A stretch of 64,000 nt of DNA from the human T2T-CHM13v2.0 reference genome, Homo sapiens, in NCBI RefSeq assembly GCF_009914755.1, contig NC_060941.1; one strand, 5' to 3'. Below are positions 1 to 27,090 of this stretch, piece after piece (position 1 is the stretch's first letter; every line of letters begins with the position of its first letter). The translations under genes were made by a program, and so were the position numbers. Under the pieces are notes generated by a model. The model did no database searches. It saw only the letters and a list, made by a program, of their open reading frames with translations, and was not told the origin of the DNA.

Positions 1-238
1 ATGGCACGATCTCGGCTCACCACATCCTCCACCTCCCGTGTTCAAGCAATTCTCCTGCCTCTGCCTCAGCCTCCCCAATAACATGCGTCACCACATCCGG
101 CTACTTTTGTCTTTTTAGTAGAGACGGGGTTTCTCCATGTTGGTTAGGCTGGTCTCGAACTCCCGACCTCACGTGATCCGCCTCCCCCTTGGTCTCCCAA
201 AGTGCTGGGATTACAGGCGTGAGCCACTGTGCCCAGCC
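1..238 (-). mobile_element. Alu (cut by window edge)
   Basis: Antisense Alu consensus sequence. Confidence 0.9.
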
Positions 239-703
239 CAAAGTCTGCATGTTTCCTATGGTTTCTTTGTCAGCAGAAAGCTTGAAGGAGACACACAACC
301 CCAGGGTTTGCTACGACAGTGAGGTTGAAGAACATAAGGAGGTGGCTGTTCGGGCATCGGCACAGCCCAGGCTTCCGTGAGGCTACAGCTCCATAGGCTC
401 TGCCGAGTGGTCCTCCCACAGCCCAGCTTCCTGGACTGTCTCTCTGTGCCTTGGACATCTCTGCAGCCCCAACCACCAAGCACAGAACAGGGCATACAGA
501 AGAAGCCTATTACACTCCTGCTGAATTAAATTGTTTCTGGCCCCATGAGGAAGAAGCCCTGGGAAACCCCTGGAGAGTTTGACGGGGAAGAAGGCAGAGG
601 CAGTGGGATGGAGAAGACAGAGATGAAGTTAGGAGACCCTGAAAGCTCCCCCAGCTGACCACACCCTCTAGGTCAGCGCACTGGCAGCCAGCAACTCTGG
701 CTA

Positions 704-722
704 CGGCCACCAGAGGGCAGTG
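704..722 (+). promoter_or_regulatory. Candidate CTCF site
   Basis: CGGCCACCAGAGGGCAGTG closely matches the CTCF core consensus. Confidence 0.6.
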
Positions 723-1451
723 TCAGCCCGTATACCTCCCCACGTGGCTTCCTCACCTACAGGCTCAGTCGCCCCACAGAAAGTGGAGTAGGGACAGAGA
801 CTCCATTTTACAAATGGAGAAACCAGGGCTCAGGGCCCGTCATTCTGGAAGTAAGCATTTTGGCCTGGCTGACAGATATCTGCCTTTCGACAGCCTAGGG
901 CTGTCCAGGAGACTGGGGGTAGTCTCTGATCCAGGCCTCTCAAGTGGTTTTCCTCTGTCAACCACCCCCTCCCTCTCCTGCTTCTCATCTAGGGGGAGAA
1001 ATCAGACACAGCAAAGACCCTTGGCCTCCTGTCCTCCCTCCCAGTGTGCATCCATGGACCCTCCTGGATCCGAAAGAGGATGGGAGGGTGCAGAAGACTT
1101 GCCAGGCTGCAAAGCCAGACCACCCACCACCTAATTGTGCACACCCCCTGAACCTGGGGCACATTCACTCCAGTGCCCAGCCCTGGGCAGCACACAGGTG
1201 GCTCAGGCCCCTCCTCCTGCCCCCTCCCCTGGCCTGACCCTGGGAAAAAAAACACCTGGAACAGGGTAGGTCATAGAAAGAGCCCCTAAGGGTCGGTGCC
1301 AGGGACCTGGGGGGGACAGGCACCGGGGTTACTTTCTGCAGGGGAGCAGGGTGGAGGGGCACCCTGAACTAGGAACAGGGGAGACCTCCTCACCCCCGCC
1401 GCAGTCCTGCTGTCTCCTGCAGGCCTTTCGGGGGCCCTCCCCCATCTCTGA

Positions 1452-1889
<438 letters not shown>

Positions 1890-3878
1890 TCCCTTTAACT
1901 TTTCTCCTCTTCTTAAAGAGCCCAGCCCAACTCCTGGGCCACTGAGCCCCTCTGGCCTGGAACAAGGAGGTAACGAGGTGCTGGGGGCAGCTGGGGGTCT
2001 GAGCCCTCTGCCTGCTGTCTTCCATGGCCCCGCTGCTGGCCAGGACCGAAAGGGAGAGAGGCAAGGAGAGAAAGGACAGAGAGCAAGTGCCGGGGACGAG
2101 GGCAAGGGGCTGAGGTGGCTGGGACCTCAGGTGGAGAGTACTGACCCCCACTCTGAAGTTCTTCCCCACCTGGGGGCTCCTATCCTGGAGGAAGGCCCCG
2201 CCTCCCACACAGGCTCACTCCTGCTCTTGGTTCTGATGTCTGACTCCTCCTCTGAGAAGCCCTCCCTGGTGGGGCTCACCTGTGTTAGGTATCCTGTGCC
2301 AGATCAGGCCTCTCTGTGTCCTCCCCTCCCCTGGCATTCTCTCCCGACTCTGCCCGCTCACAGGGTAAGATGATGTCATTGACAAGATGATCTATTTAGT
2401 AACAATGAGAGCAGTATCTGTTTTGCTCACTTTTGTATTCTCAGGACTCTAATGAGGCATCCAATAAATATTTGTTGAATGAACACATCAGTGGATTCTC
2501 TGGGTATGGATGGTGGGAGTGGTAATCGCCCTGGGGAAGTGACTTCCGGTAAGGGTGAGATCCTAGGACTCTGGACTCCCAAACCAGGGCTCCACATCCC
2601 CTGGCACAGGTGAGCGCCACCAGGAACCCTCCAGGGGCACCTGTGGGAGAGGGTGGAGACCGGCCAGGATGTGAGCCACAGATCCCCAGGGAGTGAGCCT
2701 TGGCACAGCCAGGTGCCCACTTCTTCCCTAGAGCCCTCAGCCCAGCCCCGCTCCTTTCCCCAGGGACCAGAGCAGGAGGCCTGGGCTGGCCTGATATGGA
2801 GCTGGGTCCAGCAGGTCGGCAGTGCCCTGACCTGGGAAGCTCCACGGGAAGCAGCTGGGAGTGGGGGGACCACAGCACCCTCTGTGAGGAGGGCAGGACC
2901 GTCAGCTGCGTCCAGCCTGCTGGACAGGCAATACCAGGTGGTGGCGAGCCTAGAAGGATGTTCTGGCCCTTTGGCCTCCCTGAGCTACCTCCAGGCTCAG
3001 GGATAACACCAAGGAGCCCTTCGCTCCCTGACCTCTGTCCCCAGAGTCAGCAATTCCCTCTCATCCCTGCGTCCATGTCCAGGCTCTGAGCCCTTCCAGG
3101 GACAATTTGTGGGATTGGGGATAGAGACAGAGGGATAAATACACATTCACTGAGACCTGACTAGGTGCCGTATGGATTTTGGATATATTTCATTTTATCA
3201 TCACTGGAAGGAAAAAAATACTGCTGTGTTATAGATGAAAAACAGAAGCCCAGAGAGGTCAAGCAACTTATCCAAGGCCACACAGCCAGGAAGTATCAGG
3301 GAGGGAAGATCACAAAGGCTTGTCTTACCAACAGCCCATGTGCTGTCCACGGCCTCCCAGTTCAGAGAAGAAGCTGGGCGACCCTCCCTCTCCCGTACCC
3401 AGGGGTGCCTGTGCTCACTGGGTTTGCTTCCACATAATACTACTTATGAGCCAACTGTTAGGTCTTATAAATTAGATGCCCACCGTGGGCATCTGCCCCA
3501 TGGCCTCTGGAGGAATCCTGCCAGAGGATGGAGATAAAGGAAGGACAAATACCATGTGCCTTTTGCAGACGCTATGTCCGCTCTTCCTTCTTCAAGCCTC
3601 AGCTCAGACGCCACCCAGTCTTGGGAGCCTTCCCCGATCTAACCTGGCTGGATCTGGGTCCCTGCCTCCCAGATCCAATGTGCTTCCCTCTACCTCAGCC
3701 TTCCACACACTGGGGCAAAAGCAAGAAGGGCTTCTGTGCCCAGCTTTTAGTATCTGAGCCTGCCTTGGCCCATGCTTGATGGGCTCAGAGGGAAACACTT
3801 GTACTCTGACATAAATCCGAAATAACAGAATCATCCTGACTGGTTCCAGTCTTCAAAATAAGAAAGACTGAGTTTTCA

Positions 3879-4207
<329 letters not shown>

Positions 4208-4903
4208 ATCTGAACTCCCTAACAAAAAATAAGCCTATTCCTAAAGCTAAGTCATGACCTTTGTGATAAGGTAGTGAAATCGTTGTGGTTCCCATGGCAG
4301 AACGGATAATGTCAGGCTTTCCTTTACATCCTTGCCGTGTTTTGTATCTGCCCCGCCAGGCCTTCTGAAAAGGAACCCCCTTTACTCCTCATAAGTAAAC
4401 GTTCCTCTCCTCTATGTGTCTGTCTCTTTCTTTGACCTGGGCTATAAACACTGATTTCTCACCTGTGGGCCCCACTCAAGGCAGGGGTTGGCAGTCTTCA
4501 TCTGTGCATTCCAGAGCCTGGTGCAGGCTAGCAAGCTTGAGCGCTCGATAAATACTTACCGGATAACTTAGCAAACTAGGAGAGCAGGCAACACCCTGAC
4601 CCCAGGCGCTTCCTCAAGGCCCAGCTCTCCCCAAACCCTCCTCCAGGAAGCCCAGAGCATCCTTCACCTTCTCCAACCACATCACGCCCATTGGGCTACA
4701 GGAGGGCCTTGGGCTGCCTCGCAGGTGGTCATTGACACTCTCCCGTGTGTAGAGGTCTCAGCTTGACCAAAAGCTACAGCATCAAGAACACAGACAGCTC
4801 CTCACATGCTTGTGGTCACCCCACCTGGGCACCTCATACCTAGCAGGGGCTCCAGCAACGTGCGCTGATTCCTTAGTCTGGAGGGCAGGCTGTCATGGTG
4901 TAG

Positions 4904-6009
<1,106 letters not shown>

Positions 6010-6649
6010 AGAGATTTTTATAAGACCTCCCTGGCTTTCAGTTTCCCTCATCTGTAAAATGGGGATAACGAATCATAAGTCCTGCTTAGTAAAGACTTCC
6101 TATTAAGTGGGATAAGGAAAGTAAGGCACTTAGCAGCCACATAGTACGTGCTTAGCAAAAGCTTCCCCTTTGACTCCCCAGCTGGCTCTTGGAGGGGAAA
6201 GGAATCCTCACCCCCTTCTCTCCACAGTGGAGGGCAGAGTGGGCAAAGCCAGGCAGAGGTAGGGCAGGGCCAAGCAGGCAGAGCCTAGAGGTCCCTTCCA
6301 TTCCAGGGCATCAGAGTGCCATGGCAGACCTAGGAACAGACAGGCAGGAGGAGCCAGGACAGGTTGTGATGGGGATCAGGCATTCTCCACTACCCTCCAA
6401 TCCTCAGCTCCCTGAGGACCACCTGGAGTTGGGCCTAACAGGAAGCCCAGGGACACACCTGGGCTCAAAGTCCACCTGCCCCCTGCCCTGTAGCTTTAAA
6501 TCCAGCAGGCAGCTCTGTCCTGCTGCAGTCGGTTTCTCCACATGTGAAATGGGGATAAGACCGCCTATATCACAGGGTTCATTCGAGAACAAATGAGACC
6601 ACACACACCAAGTTGCACTCCAAGAGCTCCCTCAACAGTGGTGGCTGTT

Positions 6650-8980
<2,331 letters not shown>

Positions 8981-9435
8981 TCCCACCCCCATCTTCTGCA
9001 GAACCAAATTCACAGACCTTGGTCTGACAGACAAAGGCCCCCCCATCTGACTTTTGCTTTACTTTCCAGCCTTGTTTCTGGCTGTCTTACCGGTTCCTCT
9101 CCCAGGCTGGTCACATCAACCCACTGTCACTTCTCACACCCTCCCACTAGGTAGGTCAGATCTCCATGTCTTCAGTGCTCCAGCTGCCAGGAATGCCAAT
9201 GCCTTCCCTGGGGCCCAGCAAACACCTCCTCCTCAAATCTCACTCACTCCTTCTTCCTTTATCAGAATGACCCTCTTGCCTCCATTCCCAGACTCTCAAG
9301 CGCATCGCTCTCTCCCACACTTTTCTGTGGATTCTCATTGGAAGACAAGAAGGTTGGGCATCTCTATTCCCAGGACCTTGAACCAAGGCTGGCAAAGAGC
9401 AGCCCTTGGGACACATTTAGTGAAAGAATGAATGA

Positions 9436-11687
<2,252 letters not shown>

Positions 11688-11767
11688 CTGGACTGCATTT
11701 TTGGCTATTTTCCATTATATATAATCATTGTATTAGTAATTTTATCATGAACTTGAGAGTCGACTGA

Positions 11768-13362
<1,595 letters not shown>

Positions 13363-13740
13363 ATTAACACAATTTTTGAGAGCAGTTTTAGTTTCACAGC
13401 TGATACATTATTTTTAAGACTTATTTTAATAACTTGTCACTCAGTGTGGCACCTGCCTTTTTGATAGGTCTATCTCTGTCTCCACTGGTTTTGTAGATTC
13501 TGACATAGAAATGTTGGCCATGGCAGATGGCAGATAGAGAGCTTCCTCCAGATGGACAGGACCACGTCTGCTACTCCCTGGGGATAACTGCTCCACCAAG
13601 CCCGCTCACATCACCGAAGCCTGCATTTGCCCTCTGGTCTTGCTGAAATGAAACCCGGACACTCAGAGCTTTCCTGCCACCTCCCTGACCAAGCCTACCC
13701 AAGAAGAGGCAAGGTTAGTCTGGGGAGACTTGTTCCTAGC

Positions 13741-14300
13741 TGTGGCAGCCCCCTGTGGTGATGTACCCAATGCCTTATCCATCTTTTTCTTTCCTACTGT
13801 CAGAACCCTGAGTTTTATGCCAGGTGCAGTGGCTCACACCTGTAATCCCAGAACCTTAGGAGGCCAAGGTGGAAGGATTGCTAGAGACCATGAGTTCAAG
13901 GCCAGCCTGGCCAACATAGCCAGACTCCATCTTTACAAATCATTTACAAAAAAAAAAAAAAAACTAGCCAGGCATTGTGGTGTGTACCTGTAGTCTGTAA
14001 TCCCAATTACACATGAGGCTGACGCAGGAGGATCACCTGAACCCAGGAGTTCGAGGCTGCAGTGAGCTGTGATCATGCCACTGCACTCCAGCCTGGGCAA
14101 CAGAGCAAGACCCTGTCTCTTAAAAATAAAACAAACAAACAAAAAACCCTGATTCTTATCAAGGGGTCACTGTGTGCAGCTAAAATAGTCTCCATTTCCC
14201 AGCTGTCTTTGCAGCAAAGGATGGGCATGCGACATAGCTCAGGCCAAGGTCCAGATAAGTCCCCAGGGTAGATGTCCCTTCTGAAAATCAAAAAGGCATA
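13741..14300 (+). mobile_element. Old LTR33/LTR16-like ERVL LTR fragment split by an Alu (13818-14146)
   Basis: catttcccagctgtctttgcagc...gggcatgcgacatagctcaggccaa motif; aaccctga is duplicated around the Alu. Confidence 0.45.
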
Positions 14301-14533
14301 ACCTTTCCGGGATATAGCCCATTGCCCTTTCCTCCCTTCTGCCTACCTGGAATCCCTGTGCTTTCTCATTTCATCCTCACATTAGGTACATGGAGAAGGG
14401 ATCATCCTCATTTTACATGTGAGGAAACTGACGTTCAGAGAAGCGAACTGACTTTCTCAAGGTTGCAAGGCTCAGCTAGCTCTTCCATGAAAACTGAAGT
14501 GGCCAACTCACTGCATTGAAATGAACTGGCCTG

Positions 14534-14906
<373 letters not shown>

Positions 14907-15511
14907 TTAACTGGCCTTAAGTTTCCCATTTTGGCCAGGCTGCCAGGAAGCTGACGGCCTACTGTGAAGCTCCAATCTAGCACTGCCCCTTAGCATGGGG
15001 ACTTAGCTGTCTTTCTCTTGTCCTCAGCACCCGTCATGTGGCTTGAGTGAGCAGTCCTTTTCTGTGGGGTGCCTCCGGCCCTCTTTTGGAAAGCTGGGGT
15101 GGGGAAATGGCGTTAATGTGTCAGTTATCTATCTTCATTGGCTTCTCCAGACCTTTTCTCCACTCTGCACTGGGCGGTGGGAGATGACACGAATGGACGT
15201 GAATGGGCTCTTGTTTCTGCTTGGGCTGGGCCAGTAGGGAGCTCTGGTAGGAGGGAGCACGGTCACAGTCTCCCCTTGTCAGGAAGCCTCATCCATAGGG
15301 TCTTGTCCCAGGGAGCACCCCCCCTCCTCCCAGTATCAGGCCAGAGGTGAATATCACTATAAATAGCCCGGCACCCTGTCCTATCCCTTGCGCTTTCCTA
15401 TACATGCCCACAGCTTTGTAAACTGTCCCCTTACCACAATCTCCTCAAATCACCCAATTCGAGTGTTTCCTGCCAGGGTCCTGAACACAGAGCACATATA
15501 AAGGGCATTGT

Positions 15512-16119
<608 letters not shown>

Positions 16120-17152
16120 TTAAAAGATTTTTAGATCTTCCAGAGCTCTGAAAACTCTGTCCCCTCCCTGCTGCCCCGGCTCTAGTCGGCAGAGCTCAGC
16201 TCTGTGTCTCATCACCTAGTGTCTGGACCTTACAGCCAGCCCTTAATTGGAAGCACCTCCCTGTCTCCAGCCCCAGCCCCACATCCCACCAATCCTCTGT
16301 GAATGAAGCCATGGCCTCCCTCCACTGCCCTGAGCTCCAGGTGGAGTAGAAAGAAGGCACTGGGCCCTGGGCAGGCACATAGGCACCACAGGTTCTCAGG
16401 TTTGCCGGGTGCATTGTAACCAGCACCTCCTCAGAAAGGAGAATTTGGGGTTGTGGGTGGGGGAACTGTCACATGAGCTAAAGGACAGACCAACGTGATG
16501 GGTGAAATGACAGTTGTGCACGGGGCATTGTGGAGCACAGCAGGAGGGGCACCCGCTCATCCCTGCTGGGGGCGGAGGTCGTGGAGCAGGTGTTTCTGGA
16601 GTCAGGTCTGAGCCGATCCCGGCAGGTGAACAGTGGAGGCACCCAGACAGTGGGAACAGCATGGACAAAGAACAGGAGGAGGCTGCTGGCTGTCACAGGC
16701 ACGGCTAAGGGCAGAGTAGGTGGTGGGGGGAAGGAAGAGGGGAGGTGGGCAGGAGCTGGGGTGGGCCCACAGCTGACCAACAAGGGGCCTGGACCCAAAG
16801 CCATAAGCCTCGGGGAGCATTAAGCACGGGGACATCTGCCATATTCACTTTAAGGCTGGACGGGAGGAGAGCCAGCCAGGAGCTTGCCTGTTTGAGAGAG
16901 AAACAAGGCCTGGCCTCCCGAAGTGAGGGACTCATCCCCATTCACCTCCTCCCCCGTCCTCGCCCTACAAGCGCATGTTGGGTTAAATCCACTCCGGCTC
17001 CCCCAACACTCCTGGCTCCCCAGCTTGCCTCTTCTAGTCCTTCCCACATGCAAGGCAGCCCTGAGGACCAGCAGGACCCAGCAAAGAGGGCGCCAGGCCG
17101 CTAGGGAAGCCCCTCAACTTTCCCACCCCACTCCCCTAAACAGCCTCCAACG

Positions 17153-18287
17153 CATCTGTGTTATTTTTATTTTCTTTGCTTTGGTCTATACAAAAAAACC
17201 AATAACCAAAAACATAAAGCGATAATAATAAAACACTCTGCTTGGACCTCCCCCAGCCCCCCACACCATGTGCGGGAAATGGGGGGGTCTGAAACAGGAA
17301 GGGGAAGAGAAAGCCCCTCACCACACACCAGAGGGGTCAGCCAAGAGCACTTCTCGGGGTCAGCTAGGGCAGCTGTGTGGGTGGGACAGGGGTGTGAGGA
17401 AGCTGTCCCCAGAGCTCCCTGGGGAGTGAGGGGTGGGCAAAGCCAACTAAGCACCCTGGAGAGAGAAGCTGGCATCTTCTGGAGCAGGTGACTCACTCCA
17501 TATCTCCTCCCCATCTCCCCTGGACGGTCCCTGAACTTTTCAAGAGAAGTTTTGGATTTTGGGGGTTTGGGTCTCGAACCTGGGCCCTGGAGGCCCTGGG
17601 GGCTTAGGGCAGTTGGTCGGTGGAGTTCAGTGAGAAAATCAGACCCAGAGAAGGAACCAAAGCCCTTCCGGGCCCAGGCAGCTGGAGACAGGGAGGCTGG
17701 AGGTTTGGAGGGGCGTTGCTGGGGGAAAACAGAATGGGTACTTGAGTCTGAAGCTTTAGTGGCCAGGGCCACAGGGGCGGGGAGGGGGTGTCAGGCCCTG
17801 GACCCATGCCCAGGACAGAAAAGCAGGAGCAGAACACTATCCCAAGAAAGACCCTACGGAGGACCTCTGGAGGCGCAGGGTGCAGCAGGAAGTTACACCC
17901 CGGCTTCCCCAGCTCAGGCACTTTTCTGTCTTGCCCCATCGCCTGCACGGAGAGCCTCTCAGATGAGGAACCGCACCTGTTAGGGGAGCGGGGACAGACA
18001 GGGGTCAGGGGCTCGGTGGACCTGCATCCCCAGAAGCTCAAGCCACTCCGTGTCACCTGCCCGCCACCCCCAGAAGGGGCCAGCAGGAATAGGCCTCCCC
18101 ATCCCCACCAAAGACACAAGAAGAAGGCAGGCCAGGGCACACCGTGCTTGGGGAAGCTCAGCAGCAAAGGATCCCCCCAAAAAAGGAGCGCAGGTTTCAG
18201 CGGGGAGATGGGAGGGCCTCCAACAGAAGGAGGTTCTAGAGAGGAGGAAAAGCCTGCAAAGAGGGGGCCGTACTGGGGCCAGGCCGC
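17153..18287 (-). other. JUP: JUP 3' UTR (~1.1 kb)
   Basis: Repeat-free stretch between the stop codon and the poly(A) signal, with a U-rich 3' end. Confidence 0.85.
17166..17171 (-). terminator. JUP: JUP polyadenylation signal AATAAA
   Basis: tttatt on the + strand. An upstream U-rich tract with UGUA (~17189-17192) and downstream GU/G-rich sequence support it. Confidence 0.88.
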
Positions 18288-18439
18288 CTAGGCCAGCATG
18301 TGGTCTGCAGTGGGGTACGGGGGCCTGAGGCCGTCGCTGTAGGTGTCGATGGGGTAGTCTCCATCCATGTCCATGTGCATCTCCAGCGGGTCAAGGGGCA
18401 CATCGCTGGAGTACATGGGGCGGTAGGTGGCATCCAAGT
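18288..18439 (-). CDS. JUP: JUP exon 14 coding part (c.2087-2238, including TAG)
   Basis: ccccag|ACTTGGAT...; DLDATYRPMYSSDVPLDPLEMHMDMDGDYPIDTYSDGLRPPYPTADHMLA*. Confidence 0.97.
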
Positions 18440-18719
18440 CTGGGGACAAAAAGTGGGGCTCGGTCCTAGGGTCTGCAAGCTACCCTGCAGGGAGCAGTCT
18501 GCACAGCCTTCAGCTGCCTCCTCTACCCATGCCCACCCCTGGTGGGCCTGACCCCCTCCCCAGACCCCACACCAGGGCATCTAGACTGGGGTACATGTGG
18601 ATGCCACACAGCAGTTGCCACTGGTCCTCTGGCCCCGGAGACATAATATTGTCCCCTCACACACACCCACACAGCCGCCCAGGATCTCCAGGGTCCTGAA
18701 GAGCCCGGCACACACTTAC

Positions 18720-18759
18720 CATCTCCATAGGGCTCATTGATGGGAATCATGCTCTGGGC
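18720..18759 (-). CDS. JUP: JUP exon 13 (c.2047-2086, 40 nt)
   Basis: tttttcag|GCCCAG...GATG|gtaagt; AQSMIPINEPYGD. Confidence 0.96.
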
Positions 18760-18861
18760 CTGAAAAAGGAGAGAGAAACATGGAGGGGAGGTTTGAAAAT
18801 GCAGGCTCCGAGCTGGATCTCAGCTGGTGGGCAGGGAGAGATGCTTCTAAAAGAGGGGGCC

Positions 18862-19626
<765 letters not shown>

Positions 19627-19959
19627 TCAGGGGAGGAGGCAGAGGACTCAAGAATGGGTACAGGGCACTGCCCCACCCTGGAAAAGACCGCCCATAGCCT
19701 ATCCAGCACCTCCACGCAAATTACAAAAAGGCACCCCCACCTCAAACACTGTATACTCATTTGGGCAAAATAAAAATTGGCATTTTGTGGATATATGATT
19801 CAACCCACTACTTCCATCTGCTAGGAATTGTTATAAATGATCCAATTACAAAATAAAAATCTATGAAGTTGACAGTAGTAGGAGACCCCCAAAAGTGTTG
19901 CCCATGGGCAGTGCCCAACTTGCACAACCAACTACTGCGGTCCAACCTAGGATACTCAC

Positions 19960-20081
19960 AGCCTCCCAGGCAGCCGGGTCATGCTTGAAGAGGGAGTTGG
20001 TGAGCTCCACGGACACGCGCTTCCGGTAGTCTGGGTTCTTGTCCTCGGAGATGCGGAACAGGACGGCAGCAGCGTAGGTGG
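19960..20081 (-). CDS. JUP: JUP exon 12 (c.1925-2046, 122 nt)
   Basis: gctcag|CCACC...GCT|gtgagt; [22 protein letters not shown]...AAWEA. Confidence 0.97.
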
Positions 20082-20178
20082 CTGAGCAGAGAGGAAAGGA
20101 AAAGCCAGGTTAAACGTCGGCCAGCCTCCATCGTGGCTGGGGGAGTGGGACCCAGCCTCCTGCCCTCCCCCAGCTCAC

Positions 20179-20329
20179 CAGTGCCCTCGTTGCGGGAGTG
20201 CAGCAACTCCATGAGTGGGGCCGAGGCCCCCTCTGCATCAATGGCGTCGGCCGCCTCCTTGTCCTGGGCCAGCTCACACAGCACCCCGGCAGCCACGCGC
20301 TGGATGTTCTCCACCGACGAGTACAGGAG
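20179..20329 (-). CDS. JUP: JUP exon 11 (c.1774-1924, 151 nt)
   Basis: ccccag|CTC...ACTG|gtgagc; [24 protein letters not shown]...RNEGT. Confidence 0.97.
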
Positions 20330-20899
20330 CTGGGGAGAGGGGACGTGGGAAGCAGGGGAGAGTTGGAAAGGGGTGAGGCAGGCCGGACAACACACCCCAC
20401 AGCACTGCCCACCTCCACCCTGTAGCAATTCCATAGTGGAAAATGGGCCGTCACTGGGGAGTAAGTGTTACTGCTTTAAACTGGGCTGAGCATTGTTCAT
20501 GAGCTACCTTGAAATTACCTGTGACTCTGCCTCATCTAACCATTGGAATCTAGTGTTAATGAGCTCACTGATGTGAAAGATGTTAGACTCTTCTTGTCTG
20601 TTATGGTACTTGCACATATTCTCCCAGTTTGCTGATTTTTTAAAAATGCTTTTTTAGGTTCTTTCTGAAATACAGATGGTTTTCATGTTTATATGGTTGA
20701 ATCTCAAGTTTTTTTGTTTTTTGTTTTTTTTTTCCATTTGTGATCTCTTTCCTTGCTTTGAAGCTTAGAAAGCCATGCCCATGCAGGGGGTTGCTAAGTA
20801 GTCAATCTGGAGTGGCAACTTTCCTCCAAACTCCTCCAAAGACCTCTTGATACCTGGTCCAGGCCTCCCAAATCTGGGACTCCTAACCTTGCCCTTTAA

Positions 20900-23406
<2,507 letters not shown>

Positions 23407-23781
23407 TGTCTGTACTATTAAATTGTCTTAAATGTAGCTGGCGGATGCCCCTGCCAGCTGGCTCCTGTGCCCGTTGACAAGACCCTCATCGATGGTAGCT
23501 TCCTCACTCTCTGGCACCAGATGCCACCTTGCCTTTGGCTGCCTTCCTTGTCTCTACATATAGATATACACACACACAAACGCTTTCCCCCATAACTCTG
23601 TCCCTTGGGTCTGCCCACCCCCTGACCCACTCTCACTTCCCCCACCTGACAGGGAAGTGACACACAGCTAGCTCTCTTCCACCCAGGTAGCCTCAAGAAG
23701 AAGACCCCACTCCTTCACACACCCAACTCCCTACGGGAGATGCTAAGCGTCCCCAGAATCCTCTGTGCCCTGTGTCTCTGT

Positions 23782-25460
<1,679 letters not shown>

Positions 25461-25510
25461 GCACCTAAGCCTGCTGCAGGGAGCTCCTTCCCCTCGCCTA
25501 ACAGCAGTAC

Positions 25511-25849
25511 CTTGACCAGTGGCCACTGGTTGGGCTGGTTGAGCAGCTTCACGATGGCTGGGATGCCATAGTTGAGACGCACAGAGTTCTGGGCCATCTC
25601 GGCCTCAGGGTGGCGGCTAGTGAGGTGGCGCAGAGCGCAGACGGCAGGCTCCGTGATGTCGTCCTTGTCACCAGCACGCAGGATGGCATGGATGAGAGCC
25701 TCCACACCGCTGTTCTGTGTCACCAGCGTCTTGTTCTTGCTGTTGTTGCATGTCAGGTTGGAGAGTGTGCCCGTGGCACAGGTGAGGACGTTGACGTCAT
25801 CCACACTCAGCTGATTCACCAGAATCTTCAGCACACTCTCCAGGCCCTC
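25511..25849 (-). CDS. JUP: JUP exon 8 (c.1159-1497, 339 nt)
   Basis: ctccag|GAGGGC...AAG|gtactg; [14 protein letters not shown]...QWPLVK. Confidence 0.97.
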
Positions 25850-26743
25850 CTGGAGGGCAAGGAAGGGACGGGGGAGTCAGGGAGCAGCCAACTCCAGGGA
25901 GCCTTCTCGAATATGTCCAAGGGGAGTGGGATGACCTAAAGGGGTCAGCCCTGCCTGTGTGTGCCCGGGAACTTTCATCCCTATGACCCGCCACACCCTG
26001 TGAGAGGGCGTTACTATCCTGTGGTGCAAGTGAGGCAATGAGGCTCAGAGAGGTTGGGGAACTTGCCCACAGACACACAGCTAGTGGCTGGATCTGAACC
26101 CAGGCTTGGCTCTAAGCCCCACATCTCTTCCCTCCAACTCATCAGCCTTTCCCTGGGGCCCTCAGACCCAGGCAGAACCCTCCTCAGGCCAAAGTACGGT
26201 GGCCAAGGGAGGCCTCGAGACCAGGAGGCAATTGTTGAGGGGGCCGCATGATTCAGTGGCCCAGCTGAGCCATGTCTACTCGCTTGTCACCTTTCTGGGC
26301 CTTCACTGCTGCCCCACCACCCTGGGGCCCTGAGCCAAATCCATTTCCAGTAAAATCACTACCTCAGACGTCTATCTCACTTCTCCCAGGGAGACACGTG
26401 GGCCTTGTGGTGGAACAGAAAAACCCCAGCTTTGGGGACGGACAGTCCTGGGTTCAAATCCCAGTTCTGCCATTTACTACCTGTGACCATGGCCATTAGC
26501 TCCCCGAGCCTCAGTGTCTTCATCTAACCCACGGGGTCCCACACTCTAACCCCAGGTTGAATGAGCTACTGTCCACAAATGCCACGCAGAGGGCCAGCAC
26601 AGGGTGAGCACTTGATAAACAGCATATTGCTAGGGGAGGCCTGGGGAATGGTTGTTGGAAGGAGGCACAGGGCACTTGCCCTGGAGCTGCATTTTTCCTT
26701 AAATTGTATTTTTAGTCATGGGGGCCTGTCTCTTGGTACACTA

Positions 26744-27090
<347 letters not shown>

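Noticed and set aside
262-382. Possible plus-strand exon (ttctttgtcag|...cc|gtgagg)
   Set aside because: No partner exons or recognisable protein; the donor is weak.
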